Part shown: in pieces, positions 56,817 to 64,000 of the stretch
Numbering within the stretch: the first letter of the stretch is position 1
Layout: every line of letters starts with the position of its first letter
NCBI GenBank assembly: GCA_964016885.1
Contig: OZ024747.1
Span: 85,498,001-85,562,000 of the forward strand
DNA from: Eledone cirrhosa
Lineage: Eukaryota
Direction of reading: 5' to 3'
DNA length: 64,000 nucleotides
Position numbers and translations under genes: made by a program
The notes under the pieces: model-generated
Database searches by the model: none
Told to the model about the DNA's origin: nothing
The model's input: only the letters and a program-made list of their open reading frames with translations

Positions 56817-57778
56817 CACACATAGACACATGGGATGGGGTTTTAACATGATTTACGTAGATTATTGATGATGTGTTTGTTTCAATGAACACTGTAAATA
56901 ACGTGGATCGAAGTGTGACACACTATGTTGTTTGGGGAGACCAGCAGTGGGACTTTACGTTCCTGGCTCTCTAAGTACACACACATTCAAACATACATAC
57001 ATATATATAAATATACATACATACACATATATGCACACATACATACTCAAACATACACACACACATACATGCATATACACATAAGCATGTACATACATAC
57101 AAACACATACACATACATACACATATATATGTGTATGTGACTAAATATATGTTTACAAATTAAATATATATATACGGATGTTTGTGTGTTTTTTGAGAAG
57201 TTTTGGGTTTACGGTCTAAGGACTTGGTTTCGATTCCCGGACCACGCGGCGCATTGTATCGTTGGGCAAGACACTTCACTTCCAGTTGCTTGCGTTCATT
57301 CATCACCATCATTATTTTACATCCGTGTTTCCACGTTTTCAGGGGTCTGACAGGTCTTTTCCAGCACAGCACCTTTCCATTGTAGCGTTCTTTCATCATC
57401 ACCCGTGTGAGCTTCGGAGAATAGGGAATAAATAACAGCAGCCGCTAAGCAATTAACCTTGGACTGGCAACATGTCCTGGGGTAGGAAAATTCTTGTACT
57501 CTCAAGCGCTTAATAGCAATCAAACCAGGATAAGTTCCAGCCCTATGAGCCTCTGAGATTGAGACAGACTTTAAATGGTGTCTATATGTTATTATTTAGC
57601 TTAGTTACGCCCCTTTATGTTCTGAGTTCAAATCCCGCCAAAGTTAACTTTGCCTTTCATCCTTACGGGGTCGATAAAATAAAGTACCAGTAATGCACTG
57701 GGTATTTGCTGACCTTATGCCAAAAGTAGAAACAATTATTTAGCTTGTTAGAAGTAGCTGAAATGTCTTGTCCAAGGA

Positions 57779-58209
57779 TACCTATGATCATGAATCTTGG
57801 GCAATGACCGAAAGAATACGATCGTGAATACAAGCGGCCGAAATGGGGTTACTCTGAAGGGTCCTTGGAGTAACGTTTCTCGATAGAGTGCGTAGCTTGG
57901 ATATCAGAAAGTCACTCCAATTAAAGCCACTACTTCTCCGATTTGAGAAATCAGAGCTCTGATACTGCGGGCATGTGGTTAGAATGTCTAAGGAAAGAAT
58001 CATAAACAGATTTTACGGGCAAAGACCAATCGGCAAGAGACCCAGGGATAGACCCTGAGTTGGATAACATTCACGAGATTGGCTGGTCTCGCTTGGGGAT
58101 CGAACCTGATCAGTTGGAGACGGTTGCTTCTGACAGGACCTACTGGAAGGAGTGTTTGAGGGCTCTGCCCCCTCGACACCCCCAGGTTTAAGAAGAAGAA
58201 GAAGAAGAA
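57779..58209 (+). mobile_element. RTE-clade LINE 3' fragment with (GAA)n tail
   Basis: TYDHESWAMTERIRS*IQAAEMGLL*RVLGVTFLDRVRS...GHVVRM...GKRPRDRP; several stops. Confidence 0.9.
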
Positions 58210-59594
58210 ATAGCTGCCCAAATATTCCTCAAACCTCAACCTATTGTGTTTAAAAAAAGTATGGTATATTGGATAATGATGTAATCGTCGTTTTGTTGTT
58301 GTTGTTGTTGCTGTTGTTAGAATAGTCGTTGTCGTTGTTGTTGATGTACTTGTCTTACGATACTACCAATCTAACAGGATATGGCTGTTGCATTCTCAGT
58401 TGTTTGAAAATTATGAAACCGGAATAAGATCTGGCTTGACTGACCTCTATACCTGGGACAGATATTAATATATAATTAAAGAAAGCTGCGATGCAATAGC
58501 GGCACCCTAGAGCGGACTGGGTATTAAAACCAGCCCAGGTATTTGGTCGACATTGACTAACTGACTGTTGAGGGCCAGAGGTATATTCTCATTGCTCAAC
58601 TAAGGTGCATTGCTTTCTCGTTTCAATATTCAGCAGCTATGATTTCAGTTTCACCTATTCTCTTTTGTGTTTTATCCATTTACGCCATCCGAGCGATACA
58701 CTAGGCATTCACCAGGTAGCCAGTCGGACGTGTGTAGTTCTAATGGTACACTAGTCTGGCTGTAGTTGCAGTGACATAAACAAGTTAAAAAACTGTAACG
58801 AAAGGATCAATGGAATGGAATTCGTTATAAAGCAGTTTTTGTTAAGTGGTTAAAAGCATTTTAAATACTTGAAACAGTAAATCAACTTTGTGTGAGATCA
58901 AACATACCGAAGGGAAAAATTAATAAATTAAATATTAGTTGTTGACTAATGTCTGATAACTCCGGATGTTTCACACATATTTTGGGGTCATTCATCTCAC
59001 CGTACCTCTTAACTATTGAATCATTAACTGAATATATAGAATTGGGAATTTCTTAATGGTGGGACAGAAAGACAGCTAATCGATGTGTATAGTCAATCGA
59101 GCGTCGGATTAAAATGCTTCGCGGTATTTGGTTCGGGTTTCTGCGCTCTGGGTTCAAATCCCGCTAAAGTCAACATCACCATTCGTTATTTCCGCGTCGA
59201 TAGAATACCAGTCGAGAGGTGGTGGATTAACCGAATTGTTGCGGTCTTTCCTTCAACCTAATACATTCTGAGTTCGCCTGCGATGTCTCTGGTGTCAAAC
59301 TGTATCGGCCTTTGCTTTTCTCTTGGACAATATCAGTGACATTGAGAGAGGAGACATACATGCGTGGATGACTGCTTATCTTCTACAAAAAAGAACTTTG
59401 TCTAGGCCTACATCTTGGGGAGGAAACTTCCAGATGCAAACAGATGGTCAGTCATGATTGGAGGAGATCTTTGATGGAGAGGCGCCAATCTATGTGGAAA
59501 TAACTTCCCAGTGTGGAAATATTGTAAGGCGAAGAAGATCGAACATCGAGTGATCCATCTGATTCTGGTTCAGTATATAAATTTATTTACTATC

Positions 59595-59732
<138 letters not shown>

Positions 59733-59736
59733 ACAC

Positions 59737-59767
<31 letters not shown>

Positions 59768-59806
59768 CGCGCGCGCGAGTGAATATATGCGTGCGTGTGA
59801 GTGGAA

Positions 59807-59901
<95 letters not shown>

Positions 59902-60195
59902 TGGAGCGAAATAGAGATAAATTTGAGAAGATAACGAGGAGAATGTAGAACGAGAGTGTGGTCTGTGGTTTCTGTAATAATTGCATAGAATTATCCAATG
60001 AAATATCCATGATATTATGAGAGGAGTGGAAAGAGAGGTGAATTGATAGGAATAATAAAGCCAACTAAACAGAAGTGAGAAGCATTTTGTAAACTTGAAT
60101 ATTCGGCTGACGTCAATTCTTTTGGTAATGATGTCATCCAAAGAACATTATATATATATACATATATACATATACACGCATATTTATATATATAC

Positions 60196-60230
<35 letters not shown>

Positions 60231-60539
60231 CATACATACATATATCCATGATGGCTGTCCCCTTGTTATCGAGTATGGCCATTGCACGAGAAAAAAAATA
60301 CGTACATACATACATATATATATATATATATTTGTGTATAGTGGTAGCTATGTTGCTTCCGTAGGCGGTATGCCAAAATTAGCACTCGATATTCATCAGA
60401 GCAGAGTGTAGATCTTATCAAGAAAACGAAAAATCAGTGATGCATCTGGCCTTAGTTTATTTCGTGTTACAAATGTTTCGCCGGCATGTAGCTCGAGTCA
60501 TGGTCCTTGTATGGATCTGGCTGATTCTACTTCTACGGG

Positions 60540-60897
60540 TTCTTTCAGACACGGGTGTTATGTTATGTCCGGAGCAAATTTTGCTCCGGACATAACATAA
60601 CACCCGTGTCTGAAAGAACGGTGGGCCTCCCATTTACTCATAATAGTGAGAGATGGGGAGACGGAGGCAGTGAGAGTGGAGTTTGGTTCCTTACTGTTCG
60701 GACCTGGTGTAAATGTATATGTTTCACGGGGACACACTCACAGCCCGTCCCCCGAATCTATCTTATTTCTCATTCTTTCTTCTGATGAAGGACTAGCGTC
60801 CGAAACGTTAAGACCCTCTTCCTGTTATTTCAAGCGTTAACCTAATATATCCCTTCCATATACTGTACCGGTTGTGTTGTTATTTCTGTTTACCTTT

Positions 60898-60899
<2 letters not shown>
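60540..60899 (+). mobile_element. PLE-like 3' end with a perfect 5' hairpin (60540-60618) and an HHR
   Basis: TTCTTTCAGACACGGGTGTTATGTTATGTCCGGAGCAAA and its reverse complement; ends in (TA)n. Confidence 0.8.
60778..60813 (+). ncRNA. Canonical minimal type I hammerhead ribozyme
   Basis: UCUU-CUGAUGA-A-GGAC(UAGC)GUCC-GAAA-CG-UU-AAGA; palindromic AACGUU stem III. Confidence 0.9.
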
Positions 60900-60960
<61 letters not shown>

Positions 60961-60962
<2 letters not shown>

Positions 60963-61102
60963 CGAAGGAGGTATGGTAAGGAACCAGATGGACCATAACG
61001 CACCAGAGTACTCAATACTTAGGGTAGTAGAATGGCCAATAGGAAAATGTAAGACCCCGACGGCAGAGCTCAAGCCGTCGAAACGGGTTGAGCTCTGCCG
61101 TC
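60961..61102 (-). mobile_element. Family F copy with short fold-back, fused to a SINE family 2 tail
   Basis: GACGGCAGAGCTCAAGCCGT-CGAA-ACGGGTTGAGCTCTGCCGTC. Confidence 0.8.
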
Positions 61103-61444
61103 AAATTGAACCGAGGAAACAATGTTTCCATTGGTCTTTCCAATATATATATGTGTGTGTATGTGTATATATATATATTTATATATATATATATATATAT
61201 AAATGAGGAGGAAGTTATAGTTCACTTGAAGCATTGTGTAATGAGGTATAAACGTTTGTATATGTATAATAAAGCCAAAACAACGCAGGTATGGACATAG
61301 AATAAAGAATGCAAATGCAAAAGATATTGTTGACAATTAGTCTTTTACCTTAGATTTATTTAAATGTCCTTAATTTTCGAGATAATATCTCTTCTTCGGA
61401 TATATATAAATGATTAGAAGGGTCTCTACAACAACTACAATGAT

Positions 61445-61636
61445 ACGCGATGGGGTCCACCCACAGCCCCGATGGACAGAATGGAGAAGGCGTTTCCACG
61501 GAGGACGGCGAGGGAGACGCGCTGAAAGAGCCATTCCAACTCGCGAGGTTAAACACCTGCGGCTGGCCATCTCAGCGCCTATGGTGTTGAGTAAGGAGGT
61601 AGCCCTGGGACCGAGGATACTAGAAGTCTCCACTGC
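61445..61636 (-). mobile_element. CRE-clade LINE 3' fragment
   Basis: AVETSSILGPRATSLLNTIGAEMASRRC matches the 33110 copy. Confidence 0.85.
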
Positions 61637-61763
61637 CTTACTAATACTATCTAGCTGTTGCAACTCCAGGTAGAAATGTGCAACGTGAAATAAAGTGTCT
61701 TGTTGAAGGACATAACGTATCACCTGATCCGGCAATCGAAATCGCAACCTCACGATTGCGAAT

Positions 61764-61793
<30 letters not shown>

Positions 61794-61797
<4 letters not shown>

Positions 61798-61985
61798 AAA
61801 AAGTATGACCCCGACGGCAGAGCTCAAGCCGTTTCGACGGCTATTTGAGTCCATAAATAGCCGCCGAAACGGCTTGAGCTCTGCTGTCGGGGTTATACTT
61901 TTTCCTATTACCCACTCTACTACCCTAAGTATTGAGTACTCTGGTGCGTTATGGTCCATCTGGTTCCTTACCACAATTCCTTCGT

Positions 61986-61986
<1 letters not shown>
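61794..61986 (+). mobile_element. Family F fold-back cassette
   Basis: 53 bp arms (61794-61846 and 61855-61907) plus a unique tail; (TA)n on both sides. Confidence 0.88.
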
Positions 61987-62029
<43 letters not shown>

Positions 62030-62030
62030 T

Positions 62031-62086
<56 letters not shown>

Positions 62087-62204
62087 TGTATGTATATGTC
62101 TATTTACATGCCTATTCATATACTTATCTATCTATCGATCTATCTACTATCTATCGATCTATCTATCTATCTATCTATCGATCTATCTATCTATCTATCT
62201 ATCG

Positions 62205-62284
<80 letters not shown>

Positions 62285-62509
62285 CTACAACTGCCGTTGC
62301 TGATATAGTCTTACGTTATGACTGGGTTCATTCAGTCCTACATTCATTCAAAATCCTCATCCGGTTTTTATCGTTCATTGGTGAGCATTTTGCAATCACC
62401 AGCATTGTAACAGCCAATGAAAATATACCACCTCATGCATACACATACACATGCGTATATACGTGTACATCAACAAACAAACAAATATACACACCTACAT
62501 ACATACATG

Positions 62510-62567
<58 letters not shown>

Positions 62568-62577
62568 ATAAATATAT

Positions 62578-62651
<74 letters not shown>

Positions 62652-62726
62652 GTGTATATATATATATATATGTGTACATATTTATATATATATATGTGTG
62701 TATGTATATGTAGATATATAAATCTG

Positions 62727-62763
<37 letters not shown>

Positions 62764-63208
62764 ATGTGTGTGTGTGTGTATGTATGTGTGTGTGTATGTA
62801 TGTATGTGTACCATTTTAGTCTTTTTCTCCATTTTGGTTTACTATACGTTTTCTCCCGATTCCATGTATTGCTGTATTTTTTTCACTTCTTACATTATTT
62901 TGCATATCATTAATTAATTCATTCATTCGCCCCCCCCCCCCCCCTCCCACCTACCCCCACCCACCAACTGTTCTCTCTCTCTCTGCATGCTACTTATTAC
63001 GTCAACCATTTACTAAGTACTAGTAGTGCGTTTATAGACTAACAGGATGTTGCCATCTCTATAGTGCCGCCTTCTGTCTATTCGTTCACAAAGTAAATAG
63101 AGAACAATTGAATATTAAAGTCATTCAAGCGGAAGACGTCTCGTTTCTTAGTATTTGCAAAAATAGATGTTCACATATTCATATCCATATGCACTATATA
63201 TACTATAA

Positions 63209-63290
63209 ATTAATTAGTAAGATATATCTACAACGTTATAGTAGTTATAGTATAACTACTATAACGTTGTAGATATATCTTACTATTAAT
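63209..63290. repeat. Near-perfect AT-rich hairpin
   Basis: TAGTAAGATATATCTACAACGTTATAGTAGTTATA-G-TATAACTACTATAACGTTGTAGATATATCTTACTA. Confidence 0.9.
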
Positions 63291-63350
63291 TTGATTTGGA
63301 AAATGTAATCTACGGACTACGGAGTTAAGACTTCAATAATATATATATAA

Positions 63351-63405
<55 letters not shown>

Positions 63406-63406
63406 A

Positions 63407-63569
<163 letters not shown>

Positions 63570-64000
63570 TTCTTTATATATAGATAGTTAGATGGATATG
63601 GATATATATGAATATATATAGCTGATTAGTTAGAGAATTGGATTCGCAAACGTGGGGTTGTGAGTTCGATTCCCGAATCGGGCGATGCGTTATGTCCTTG
63701 AGCAAGACACTTTATTTCACGTTGCTCCTTCTACCTGGAGTTGCAACTGATAGATAGTATTATCTATTCGAAAGACCAATGGAAACATTGTTTCCTCGGT
63801 TCGATTTGACGAAAGTCGATCGACTGTCGATATGCGCGCGCGCGTGTCTGTGTGTGTGTATGTTTAGTTATGTATATATATATATATATATGATGGTCGA
63901 GTCAGGGTATTGTTAATCTGAAGTTTTGCCTGATGCCCCTGAGAACACACAGGCGAAACCAGAGAGTCAGGATACTGACTCGACTTTAATAATATCATTA

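Noticed and set aside
59900-60140. Short ORF with a hydrophobic stretch (possible signal peptide exon)
   Set aside because: Runs into (TC)n with no donor site or homology evidence.

Overview
Animal, gene-poor DNA dominated by (TA)n, (CA)n, (GA)n and (CATA)n microsatellites and transposon debris. The SINE and microsatellite make-up suggests an octopod cephalopod (inference). I found no convincing host exon, and nearly all listed ORFs are repeat read-throughs. Recognisable elements are: a near full-length Penelope-like element (PLE, probably Naiad-type) at 10726-14940 (-); a truncated relative at 1810-3968 (+); two 5'-inverted copies of a second PLE lineage; an R4/Dong-like LINE in (CATA)n; CRE-clade and RTE LINE fragments; a mariner deletion derivative; Tc1 and MITE relics; a non-autonomous CsRn1-like Gypsy element with near-identical LTRs; two abundant tRNA-type SINE families; and several minisatellites. 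The most striking signal is RNA structure. About nine hammerhead ribozyme (HHR) motifs have intact catalytic cores and about nine more are decayed, across several unrelated sequence families. Most sit in 100-550 bp non-coding, often fold-back cassettes in (TA)n. In some copies the fold-back apex coincides with a ribozyme hairpin. There is also a candidate HDV-like ribozyme at the 5' end of a (CATA)n-associated short element. All structures were folded by eye, and coordinates of degenerate repeats are approximate.
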